Sequence record: MW388002.1
Direction: 5' to 3' (one strand)
Source of the DNA: Acinetobacter phage Mokit
Length of the DNA: 64,000 bases
The notes under the pieces were generated by a model. The model saw only the letters and a program-made list of their open reading frames with translations. It was not told the origin of the DNA and searched no databases. The translations under genes were made by a program, and so were the position numbers. Of this stretch, positions 8,743 through 16,765 are shown piece by piece (within the stretch, counting starts at the first letter, position 1; each line of letters begins with the position of its first letter).

Positions 8743-10412
8743 TGAATTTTCTCCCAGTGCATATCACCGATAAATTTCGAAGGGCGATATTTTTCACCTG
8801 TTTCAAGATCAGTTAATAGCCATTTGTCTGTATTTTTTGTAGATAGTACTGCATGAACTAATCCTGAATCATGAGCCACTGATCCATCTTTCAAACGACG
8901 TCCCATTTTATCAAGAGCAGTCGTTAACAAATACATACCGTAGTAGAATGCACTAACGGATTTCAATGGATTATTTTTGAAATATCCTGCAAGAGCAATC
9001 CAAATCACTGCAACCCAGAGATGATGGTATTCGTTAAAATATTTACTATGAAGAGATGTTACGCTTAATGGCTCGATATTGATCGTTGCAGCATTACCGT
9101 TGATGGCTAATCCACCCCACATATGATCTGAATTAAATTTATCATAACCTGATAATGCATAAAGCACTTTAGCTTCATCATAAATTCGCGGCCCATAGAT
9201 TTTTGTTTTGCCAAAATAGCCACGTGGATCAATTAGTCGAACTTCACCATTTTGATCAAGCATCAAATTACTAAAGTTTGGATCACCGTGAATAACGTAA
9301 TAGTCTTTGTCACTAGCCTCATATGTTAAATGCGCAAAGGCTTGATTTAACATTGTTTCTAAACGTCCAATTTTGACATTGTTTACATATTCGATGTCGC
9401 CAAATGATTTAATGACTCCTTTAATTTCATCACAACGGCTCATGACTTTGACAATGACCTCATATTGATAATCATTGATGATCTGTTCACGAGATGTAAA
9501 TTCTGGCATTTTATCAAATTTGAGAGTCTCGAGAATTTTCGGCAATAATTCTGGCGTATACACTTCAAACATCGGTTTGCCGATGATACGTTCCATTTTG
9601 AATGACATCATTTTGTCAGTTTCACGATGATCAAGAATTTTTGGCAATGCAGGGCTATCAACCTTTGCATACCATGCAAGTTCTTCTTTTTGCAATTGAC
9701 GTCCTTTTTCATTGATCGCCGCTTTATAAACGACACCTGAGGCCATAGTCACTTGGTTGAATTCACGATTAAGTTCACGATTACGATGTGCAATTTCAAG
9801 CTTAGGCTTGTCCCCTAAGTCAACTAAATTAAGCAAATAATCTTGATAAAACGCTTCATTTGTCGTGTCAATTAATTCAACAAAATCACGCCCTTTGAAG
9901 AACTCATTAGCTTCATCTTTATCTTTGATACGCGAAATAAAGAAATCACGATATTGATATACGCCTACAACGTTACCGCCTGTACCAACAATGTGTTCTT
10001 TCAAAGTTTTACCATTGTAGCTATATCGACATTCATCGCCAAAGGTATAGATTGCATTTGCATCCCATCGAAATGCATCAAAATCCGGGATGACATCACA
10101 CCAGTTAAAAACAACGTTGTGACCGTTGACATGATCTGCTAATCTAGAAATTGCATAAGCCGAACCATACGCTTCATCGACAGTTTCGACAACAATGTCA
10201 AGCCCGAACAACTTTGCATATTCTTTAACTTGTGAAGCAAACTTGCTATGAACAGCCACAATAATTTGTTCAGCACCAAGTCTAGTGTACAATGAATATA
10301 AATGATGCAAAATTGTGTGTTGCTTATAATTCACTAAGACTTTAGGAATATGATGGGTGATTGGATATAGGCGAGTTGCAAGTCCTGCACCTAAAATTAC
10401 GACTTTTTTCAT
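8739..10412 (-). CDS. bifunctional sugar-1-phosphate nucleotidyltransferase (N-term) / APH-ChoK-type sugar (anomeric) kinase (C-term)
   Basis: N-term KVVILGAGLATRLYPIT..PKVLV (GxGxRLxPxT NTP-transferase signature); C-term YYVIHGDPNFSNLMLDQNGEVRLIDPRGYFG (HGDxxxxN ... IDxxG kinase catalytic/DFG-like loops). Confidence 0.7.
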   Translation of the reverse strand: MKKVVILGAGLATRLYPITHHIPKVLVNYKQHTILHHLYSLYTRLGAEQIIVAVHSKFASQVKEYAKLFGLDIVVETVDEAYGSAYAISRLADHVNGHNVVFNWCDVIPDFDAFRWDANAIYTFGDECRYSYNGKTLKEHIVGTGGNVVGVYQYRDFFISRIKDKDEANEFFKGRDFVELIDTTNEAFYQDYLLNLVDLGDKPKLEIAHRNRELNREFNQVTMASGVVYKAAINEKGRQLQKEELAWYAKVDSPALPKILDHRETDKMMSFKMERIIGKPMFEVYTPELLPKILETLKFDKMPEFTSREQIINDYQYEVIVKVMSRCDEIKGVIKSFGDIEYVNNVKIGRLETMLNQAFAHLTYEASDKDYYVIHGDPNFSNLMLDQNGEVRLIDPRGYFGKTKIYGPRIYDEAKVLYALSGYDKFNSDHMWGGLAINGNAATINIEPLSVTSLHSKYFNEYHHLWVAVIWIALAGYFKNNPLKSVSAFYYGMYLLTTALDKMGRRLKDGSVAHDSGLVHAVLSTKNTDKWLLTDLETGEKYRPSKFIGDMHWEKIQ

Positions 10413-10442
10413 ATTGTTTATTCCTAAGAAAGAACTATGACA

Positions 10443-10471
10443 ATTATATCATAGTTCTTATGTAAAGTAAA
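10443..10471 (-). promoter_or_regulatory. early promoter for the NTase/kinase gene; -10 inside the palindrome aagaactatga...tcatagttctt
   Basis: rc: TTTACTttacataagaactatgaTATAATtgtcatagttctt. Confidence 0.6.
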
Positions 10472-11104
10472 TTATTTTGATTCAGATTTGAGCATTGCTC
10501 CAAGTGAACCACCTGGATGGTATGAATAAAAATCTTCACGAGTGAATCTAAGGTGTTTAGACAAAATTACACCAATAGTATCCAACAAAACCAATAGCAC
10601 TGTTGTACTTGTTGTGGGTGCAAGATGATTATCATCGCATTCGACAATGCCTGGAATACCAAATTCGATGTCAAATGGCGCCTTTTGTTCTTCAGTTAAC
10701 TGGCTATTGCAGTGCAACAAGATTTGAAGAACATTAGGACGAATAGTCTTCAAATGGCGCGCCATATATTGCATTTCTTCTGTTTTACCAGAACGCGAAA
10801 CATGAATAACTATGTCATCATGTCCGATAAATCCTGCATCGCCATGAGAATAATGGCACGTGTTCAAATACATAGACGGGATGCCAAGGCTTGCAAATGT
10901 TTCAGACGCCTTAGTTGCAAGATTTGAATTTTTACCTACGCCAGTAATCACGATGCGTTGACGATAGTTTGATGCTGCAACTACCTTTAGAATATCAATC
11001 ATGTTTGAATATTTGTCGCCATTTACCGCGATAGCAGTATGAAGATAATCTAATGCATCATTTTGATCTTCAACTACTTTTAATGCTAAATCGATGTTAT
11101 CCAT
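10472..11104 (-). CDS. arabinose-5-phosphate isomerase-like SIS-domain protein (KdsD/KpsF/GutQ family) lacking CBS domains
   Basis: RIVITGVGKNS..HGDAGFI..SRSGKT..LAPTTSTT..YHPGGSLG align with the KdsD SIS-domain motifs (HGDLGMI, SYSGET, LAPTSSTT, SHPGGALG); 210 aa. Confidence 0.75.
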   Translation of the reverse strand: MDNIDLALKVVEDQNDALDYLHTAIAVNGDKYSNMIDILKVVAASNYRQRIVITGVGKNSNLATKASETFASLGIPSMYLNTCHYSHGDAGFIGHDDIVIHVSRSGKTEEMQYMARHLKTIRPNVLQILLHCNSQLTEEQKAPFDIEFGIPGIVECDDNHLAPTTSTTVLLVLLDTIGVILSKHLRFTREDFYSYHPGGSLGAMLKSESK

Positions 11105-11144
11105 AATTACCTCATTGATCGTTGATGGACTTATTATATCACTA

Positions 11145-11468
11145 TTATTGTGTTAGCATAGATCTGCTAACAGTAAAAGTTATTTTAGCCTGGAACCAAT
11201 CACGTCCGATTTCTTGTTCAGGTTCAAATCCAACTTGCATTTGGGTGCGTCCCATCGCAACGTATTCCCTAGAAATGAATTCATACATTTCCTTGAGTGT
11301 GGATTCCGTCATTGAAGTAGCGCTATGTGTTCGTTGCCAGGAATCTGAGTCCGGACGTTCCGTGATATCTCGTGCCAAGAGAGTTTCCATTGCTTCAATA
11401 ATAGGTGCTACTTCTTCAACATTAGTGAAACGAGGTGTCTTTTTCAGCAGTTCTTTGAAATCAATCAT
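11145..11468 (-). CDS. hypothetical protein
   Basis: 107-aa ORF. Confidence 0.45.
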   Translation of the reverse strand: MIDFKELLKKTPRFTNVEEVAPIIEAMETLLARDITERPDSDSWQRTHSATSMTESTLKEMYEFISREYVAMGRTQMQVGFEPEQEIGRDWFQAKITFTVSRSMLTQ

Positions 11469-11781
11469 TTAAAAGACCTTCTAATGCAAAAATACATTTA
11501 TCAAATTTGGACATCACTATGCTTACAGTTTCTGAATCTACAGGCCCGTCTCGAGTGATGTCAGACCACAAGAAGCTAAATATTAAATCAGGGTCATTGT
11601 CTTGTGCCCATCCACTAGTATAAACTCTAACATCAGCCCAATCTACATGAGGTGAATATGAATAGAATGCATCAATGCCCTTTTTACTCAATGATATGCA
11701 TAGTGAAAGGATTTTATGATGTTTATCATTGATTTGCTCATTGATAAAATCAACGTCAACATAATCTTCATCGATTTCCAT
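11461..11781 (-). CDS. hypothetical protein
   Basis: 106-aa ORF, tandem with neighbours. Confidence 0.45.
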   Translation of the reverse strand: MEIDEDYVDVDFINEQINDKHHKILSLCISLSKKGIDAFYSYSPHVDWADVRVYTSGWAQDNDPDLIFSFLWSDITRDGPVDSETVSIVMSKFDKCIFALEGLLND

Positions 11782-12233
11782 TAGTACAAGTTCTCCGAAT
11801 AAAGAGTTCCGCCTTTAGATGTATCACCACCTACACGACAAACAATTTGCTGTTGCTCTGCTGCAATTTTCCAAGCTTCTTGGCGATTAACAAATCGATG
11901 TTTATTTGTTAAGAATCCTTGTACTTCTGTTTCACGATATAGAATTGTTTCACCACTATTGTGTCCAACAAATGACGAATACATCACATCACATGCATGG
12001 CGAACACCTGCAATTACAACTTTGTTTCCATTGTGATCTGTGTACTGGTTTGCAGCACAAACAATACGTTCAGGTACAATATGCATTCGGCCTTCAGGCA
12101 ATTTGTTAATATCATATTTAGGCAAATCAGTCAATTCTTCACATTTCCGTTGCCATGCCATGTTTGCATGTGCCAAATGATTAACTTCAAATTCATGTAC
12201 CTGTTTTAATTTTGAAACTTCTGCTTCAGTCAT
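11781..12233 (-). CDS. hypothetical protein (150 aa)
   Basis: ORF with ATGA-type junctions to neighbours. Confidence 0.5.
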   Translation of the reverse strand: MTEAEVSKLKQVHEFEVNHLAHANMAWQRKCEELTDLPKYDINKLPEGRMHIVPERIVCAANQYTDHNGNKVVIAGVRHACDVMYSSFVGHNSGETILYRETEVQGFLTNKHRFVNRQEAWKIAAEQQQIVCRVGGDTSKGGTLYSENLY

Positions 12234-12234
12234 T

Positions 12235-12588
12235 TTATTTGACTCCCATGCATGTATCTAATAATGTACGATAGTGTTTTGAATTAAGATAGCCAAACCG
12301 GAAAACAGTCTCATCGATTGCCATTTGGCGACAAATCTGAACTGCGATAACTTCTGGTGAAATTTGCGGTTTGTTTCGTAGTTGTTCCATCACAGGGCGT
12401 TCAGATTCAACAGCCACATCAATATGTTGTTGCATAAGGCGTCGATGATTACGAATGTCTTCATCTAGAGCCTGTTGCCGAGCGTATTCTTTTTCAATGC
12501 ATTTAGTATCCCATTTGTAGCATCCAGGTACAGCAGCATTAACGGATGATAAAAATGATATGCCTAAAATTAAAAATAAATTCTTCAT
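12235..12588 (-). CDS. secreted/periplasmic protein (cleavable signal peptide)
   Basis: MKNLFLILGISFLSSVNAAVP signal peptide. Confidence 0.5.
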   Translation of the reverse strand: MKNLFLILGISFLSSVNAAVPGCYKWDTKCIEKEYARQQALDEDIRNHRRLMQQHIDVAVESERPVMEQLRNKPQISPEVIAVQICRQMAIDETVFRFGYLNSKHYRTLLDTCMGVK

Positions 12589-12881
12589 TAGATTGCTCCA
12601 ACAATATTTGCAATGAGCGCAAGATCTGCAACTCCAGCAACTGCTACTATTGCAAGTAAGAATAACGCAAATGCAATAGATTTAATAGTGTTCATTACAC
12701 CAATAGAGATTGCTGCAACAATGAATGCAATAAAGGTTGTTACTCCCATTGTAAAGAATCCTAATAAATTTAGAATTACTACTGCTACCATAATTGCAGT
12801 AGAGCTCTTATAATATGCTGCCATCACAATAGGGAACAATGATAAAAATATCGCTATAATACTTCCAAGGAGTAAGCTCAT
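12588..12881 (-). CDS. small polytopic inner-membrane protein (positional analog of T4 imm between 42 and 43)
   Basis: 97 aa, almost entirely hydrophobic, predicted 3 TM segments; position only. Confidence 0.5.
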   Translation of the reverse strand: MSLLLGSIIAIFLSLFPIVMAAYYKSSTAIMVAVVILNLLGFFTMGVTTFIAFIVAAISIGVMNTIKSIAFALFLLAIVAVAGVADLALIANIVGAI

Positions 12882-13186
12882 GATTCTTCTCCCACTAGTA
12901 AAATTAATTCAGTTTTAGTATTAAGTGATTGGTCAATAGGATGACAAGTGTTTTCCCAATTTCGTACAACGTCTTGGACTTCTGCAACAATTTCATATGT
13001 TGAGCCGAGCAGGCTATCCCAGTCTTCGCTGCAACGATTTGGATATTCATCAAAAACACTAATTACACCATTACGATCAACAGCTACACATGTTGCCCAT
13101 GATGGAATAGCTACTGAAGCCGATTCACGTTCTTCGCCTTTAATGAGAGTAATTTCTAAAGCATGCGGTCGATAATTAATTTTCAT
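12878..13186 (-). CDS. hypothetical protein
   Basis: 102-aa ORF downstream of early promoter 13225-13253. Confidence 0.45.
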   Translation of the reverse strand: MKINYRPHALEITLIKGEERESASVAIPSWATCVAVDRNGVISVFDEYPNRCSEDWDSLLGSTYEIVAEVQDVVRNWENTCHPIDQSLNTKTELILLVGEES

Positions 13187-13224
13187 TCGATTTCCTCATT
13201 AAGGATAATTTATTTGATAGTGCT

Positions 13225-13253
13225 ATTATAACACCACAAAAGGCTAAAGTAAA
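13225..13253 (-). promoter_or_regulatory. early promoter; -35 overlaps a 15-bp-stem hairpin (ccacaaaaggctaaagt...actttagccttttgtgg)
   Basis: rc: gTTTTACTttagccttttgtggtgTTATAATagcac. Confidence 0.55.
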
Positions 13254-13278
13254 ACAAAACTTTAGCCTTTTGTGGTAA

Positions 13279-13578
13279 TTATCCGAAACGTTTTACAAAA
13301 TGTTCGACCATATTATCTGCAATTGCTGAAACAGATGATGTAATACCTGTTTGGCCGCTGATAATCGTACTATTTGGTAGATACGCTAGTGCGCATGCCT
13401 TCCAAAATTCTTTCTTTTCTAGCTCTGTTATAGGGCTCATAGGTGTACTAAACGCTTTATATTCATTAGCGTCATCAATTGTAGCAGTAGCTCTACATTT
13501 TCGACAACGAACTTTAGGAGGAGCACTTAATAACTGTGCGCTAAAATCAAAGTCATGGTTACACAATAATGAGTTCAT
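13279..13578 (-). CDS. hypothetical protein
   Basis: 99-aa ORF. Confidence 0.4.
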   Translation of the reverse strand: MNSLLCNHDFDFSAQLLSAPPKVRCRKCRATATIDDANEYKAFSTPMSPITELEKKEFWKACALAYLPNSTIISGQTGITSSVSAIADNMVEHFVKRFG

Positions 13579-13796
13579 TGTAAATAGTCCTTGAATGTGG
13601 TTGAGTATTCTTTAACGAGTTCTGTTGCCAGGCTTGCAAGATATTTTGCATTTTCTTCAGGAGAAGATCCAAATAATTTGCCGTTAGAAGTACCAGCAAC
13701 AACAATTGATTTCCATAACTCTTGTGCATCAGGAAGAAGCATTACCTTTGATTCAGGTGGGTTAAGCCAATCTAAAATAGCCATATCATACTCCAA
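13575..13796 (-). CDS. hypothetical protein
   Basis: 73-aa ORF. Confidence 0.4.
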   Translation of the reverse strand: MEYDMAILDWLNPPESKVMLLPDAQELWKSIVVAGTSNGKLFGSSPEENAKYLASLATELVKEYSTTFKDYLQ

Positions 13797-13808
13797 GGCC
13801 CGAAGGCC
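13797..13808 (-). terminator. UUCG-tetraloop hairpin downstream of the 43B stop
   Basis: ggcccgaaggcc. Confidence 0.5.
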
Positions 13809-13814
13809 CTATAA

Positions 13815-15044
13815 TTAAAAATCGAACATATCCATCAACGATGAACGTTTTTCTGCTTGCATACCTGCAGATTCACACATACCTTCAAGAGGCTTTTTGT
13901 ATGTTTTACCAAATAAGTCCATGACATCCATATGCTTTAGAACATCTGCACGAATTTCTTTAGGCAATTCATTACCTGATGGCCATGCAATACACTTGTC
14001 ACCAAATGGATTTCCAGGTTTAAGAGGCAAGATCATTACCTTTTCGCCTTCTGAAATATCTGGCAAGTTATCGTATTTCTTAATTGCACGTCGGTATGTA
14101 AGAACACCACGAACATGACTTGGACATTTAAGACCCGGGAATCCATTCACATCATATTTTGCAATATTATTTGCAGAACGAACACCAGCAATTACTTTAT
14201 AATCAAGATTTCTGAATTCGTTTTCAAATTTCTTGAAATACTCTTGTAATGGTTTTTCACCTTCTTGGAGCATAATACGAATACTTTCTAACAATGCATC
14301 TTTGACCGCTTTAGGCGTTGATGATTGTTGAGTTTCCATGCCCATGATTTTTAAGTATGGCTCTTTGAAACGTGTACCTTCCATGTCATAGACATTAAGT
14401 GCATATCGTTTCTTGGCACGCCAGAATCCGCCGATGCCGTTAGAACCAAGTGGTGGGCATGCAATAGCTTCACGATCCATAAACATCAATTGTTCATAGT
14501 TGTTGAGATATTCACACATCTCTTTAAACCCATCATTAATAACTGGTTCGATTTTCTTCGAAGCTACTGCATCTAAAAAGTCAACAAGCTTTTCAGTCGA
14601 TGAGAATTTATCGATGCCAACTTTTTCGATTAATGGGCTTAGTTCGATATACAATGAGTCAGTATCGCCATAAATAACATAAGGGTGATCTGTAGTTCCA
14701 CATAGTTCGTTTAAGTATGCATTAATCTTTCGTTCAGTCCATTGAAGAACCATTTGCCCAAAGATTGTAATAGCTTCAGCATTTCTAAGATCGTAAAATC
14801 TAAAATAGATGTTACCGAGTGCGCCATATAAACTGTTAATTAATAGCTTTCGGTTAATTTGATTTGTATCACATAAAGTGATGTAATTTTCACATTGTGT
14901 TTCAAGTGCATTGAGTTCTTCTTGTGAAAGAGATTTGAGATATTCAATTTCACTTTCGGTGAAGTCTCGACTAAAATCAAGATTCATATAATCTCCAAAG
15001 ATAGGGTTTATTGACTCAAATGGGATATGATAACATTTTATCAT
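13815..15044 (-). CDS. 43B: DNA polymerase gp43 C-terminal subunit (43B: fingers/palm/thumb)
   Basis: NRKLLINSLYGALGNIYFRFYDLRNAEAITIFGQ and motif C VIYGDTDSLYIE colinear with T4 gp43 from about residue 520 to the C-terminus; alternative start ATG 14985-14987 (GGAG SD). Confidence 0.88.
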   Translation of the reverse strand: MIKCYHIPFESINPIFGDYMNLDFSRDFTESEIEYLKSLSQEELNALETQCENYITLCDTNQINRKLLINSLYGALGNIYFRFYDLRNAEAITIFGQMVLQWTERKINAYLNELCGTTDHPYVIYGDTDSLYIELSPLIEKVGIDKFSSTEKLVDFLDAVASKKIEPVINDGFKEMCEYLNNYEQLMFMDREAIACPPLGSNGIGGFWRAKKRYALNVYDMEGTRFKEPYLKIMGMETQQSSTPKAVKDALLESIRIMLQEGEKPLQEYFKKFENEFRNLDYKVIAGVRSANNIAKYDVNGFPGLKCPSHVRGVLTYRRAIKKYDNLPDISEGEKVMILPLKPGNPFGDKCIAWPSGNELPKEIRADVLKHMDVMDLFGKTYKKPLEGMCESAGMQAEKRSSLMDMFDF

Positions 15045-15086
15045 ATCCCTGATATAAGCTTAGCGGTAACTAAGTTGTAACACTAA

Positions 15087-15284
15087 TTAGAACATTGCGT
15101 TGACAAGCTCAGAACCTGCAGCTAAAGGATTCTTGAACATCAATGCACCAGTAACGAACCCAACAATGAACAACAATGGGATGCATATACCTACACCTAC
15201 AACAACCCGATACCATAATGCGGCAGTTTCAGAAAAATTTTCTGCATTCTCATTAGCAATACGAATTTGACTAAAAATATTCAT
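15087..15284 (-). CDS. small membrane protein in the gp43 split insert
   Basis: 65 aa with hydrophobic core. Confidence 0.4.
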   Translation of the reverse strand: MNIFSQIRIANENAENFSETAALWYRVVVGVGICIPLLFIVGFVTGALMFKNPLAAGSELVNAMF

Positions 15285-15598
15285 AGGCCTATCTCCCTAA
15301 AACATTGAAATAATAAACGATTTATTTCCAATTCTTTGCGAACAGATTCATTCATTAACTGTATGACTGTATTAATATCTGATTGGCTGGAGCAGCGTGC
15401 ATTGAGCACAGTTTCTGCATTTTTACGACACATGTCAAATGTATTAAAATATCCTGAATAGCGAGGCAATGTGATGGCTTCAAGGACATTAGGCATCCAT
15501 GAAAGGTGGAACTTTTCATCAATTTCGCCTATAGTAAATAGTGTTGTTTGACAACCTTGAATTTCATCAAACTCTTCAATGGATTTATATACTCTCAT
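15281..15598 (-). CDS. hypothetical protein in the gp43 split insert
   Basis: 105-aa ORF. Confidence 0.45.
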   Translation of the reverse strand: MRVYKSIEEFDEIQGCQTTLFTIGEIDEKFHLSWMPNVLEAITLPRYSGYFNTFDMCRKNAETVLNARCSSQSDINTVIQLMNESVRKELEINRLLFQCFREIGL

Positions 15599-15909
15599 TT
15601 ATTTAACACCAGTCTAAATTCAGGAAATCTAGCTTCACACTCACGAGAAGCCATTTCAAAAATATTCATAATATCATATATAGTTGAAGGAGTATTTGGC
15701 AAGCCAATAATACTATTCAATCCATTAGTAACAAAATCATTTATAAATGAAATTATATCTTCACCATCTTTAAATTTCAATGCTTTATGAATAAATTCAG
15801 CGGATAGTTCAGCATTACAAGTACCATTATAATGAATTGCACTTAATGGCCACACATTAATAAATGTTTCTCCTTCAGGAGTGATTATTACATCTCTTTC
15901 AATATTCAT
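15595..15909 (-). CDS. hypothetical protein in the gp43 split insert
   Basis: 104-aa ORF, ATG 15907-15909, downstream of repeat-A promoter. Confidence 0.45.
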   Translation of the reverse strand: MNIERDVIITPEGETFINVWPLSAIHYNGTCNAELSAEFIHKALKFKDGEDIISFINDFVTNGLNSIIGLPNTPSTIYDIMNIFEMASRECEARFPEFRLVLNK

Positions 15910-15984
15910 ATCATACTCGACAATATTCAGATTTCGGCGCGAAGCGCCGGCTGCGCAGCAGCTATTCTAGTCCAACGGAACGGC

Positions 15985-16022
15985 TAAATTTAGAGCGGTG
16001 AACCGGTAGAACCATTATAACA
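15985..16022 (-). repeat. 38-bp element (copy A): early-promoter -10 plus leader; perfect inverted copy at 47552-47589
   Basis: taaatttagagcggtgaaccggtagaaccattataaca; its rc is identical to 47552-47589. Confidence 0.85.
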
Positions 16023-16028
16023 CAAAAA

Positions 16029-16058
16029 ATTCGTAAAGCATGTGTGTGCTTTACGAAT
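16029..16058. other. 30-nt perfect hairpin (12-bp stem) adjacent to the copy-A promoter; contains a TGCTTTA MotA-box-like sequence
   Basis: attcgtaaagca-tgtgtg-tgctttacgaat. Confidence 0.6.
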
Positions 16059-16078
16059 GTAGATTAATTAATAGACAC

Positions 16079-16303
16079 TTAATTTTTATCGTATAGTTCC
16101 TTTATACACATTGATTTATATTCTAAAACTTCGGTGGCAGTCATAAACGCCATATCCTTTTCACTCTGCGTGTTCCGAGATTTAATTTGAACCAATGTAT
16201 TATGATCTATATTTACTCTAGGTACACAATCTCTGCGAACACCTGGTGTTATGATTTCACAAGGAAATTTTTCTACTATTTCTTTAATCATTTCATATGT
16301 CAT
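16079..16303 (-). CDS. hypothetical protein in the gp43 split insert
   Basis: 74-aa ORF downstream of early promoter 16331-16359. Confidence 0.4.
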   Translation of the reverse strand: MTYEMIKEIVEKFPCEIITPGVRRDCVPRVNIDHNTLVQIKSRNTQSEKDMAFMTATEVLEYKSMCIKELYDKN

Positions 16304-16330
16304 AATGAATTCCTCTGATTTATAAGAATG

Positions 16331-16359
16331 ATTATATCATAATCAAAAAGCAAAGTAAA
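16331..16359 (-). promoter_or_regulatory. early promoter inside the gp43 split insert
   Basis: rc: TTTACTttgctttttgattatgaTATAATcattc. Confidence 0.55.
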
Positions 16360-16380
16360 CAAATTTTAGAGAAAAAGAAA

Positions 16381-16394
16381 GGGACCGAAGTCCC
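16381..16394 (-). terminator. UUCG-tetraloop hairpin in the gp43 split insert
   Basis: gggaccgaagtccc. Confidence 0.5.
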
Positions 16395-16414
16395 TTATGA
16401 AAGATATATAAGTT

Positions 16415-16705
16415 TTAAACGATACTATACATTGTTACTGCGATCGGAAGAATTTCATTTGTCAGAGCTTTAAGATTTTCTTCAGTGATTTTAGTATCTT
16501 GGAAACGATGAACAATACGTTCAATTTCAACTACCTTTTGTTTATTTGTTTCACGATCACGTGGATCAATTACTAATTTAATATTGCTGCCTTTAAATTC
16601 TAGAGCAAGAATGCCTAATGTAATTTTTGCATCCATTGAACGAGTAGAACGAGTGTCAATTACTGGAGCTGCTGTGTTAAATGCTAATTTAGATTGAGTG
16701 ATCAT
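16415..16705 (-). CDS. hypothetical protein (start trimmed to MITQSK, downstream of promoter 16734-16762)
   Basis: Listed ORF start 16765 lies upstream of the promoter -10; internal ATG 16703-16705. Confidence 0.4.
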   Translation of the reverse strand: MITQSKLAFNTAAPVIDTRSTRSMDAKITLGILALEFKGSNIKLVIDPRDRETNKQKVVEIERIVHRFQDTKITEENLKALTNEILPIAVTMYSIV

Positions 16706-16733
16706 AATATACTTCTCTGTAGTTGATAGGACT

Positions 16734-16762
16734 ATTATAACAATAGTCCTATCAAAAGTAAA
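16734..16762 (-). promoter_or_regulatory. early promoter immediately after 43A; -10 inside the palindrome gataggact...agtcctatc
   Basis: rc: TTTACTtttgataggactattgTTATAATagtcctatc. Confidence 0.6.
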
Positions 16763-16765
16763 CAT

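Noticed and set aside
16029-16058. MotA-dependent middle promoter at the TGCTTTA box beside repeat A
   Set aside because: Spacing to the -10 is ~14 nt rather than the 11-13 expected; kept only as a note
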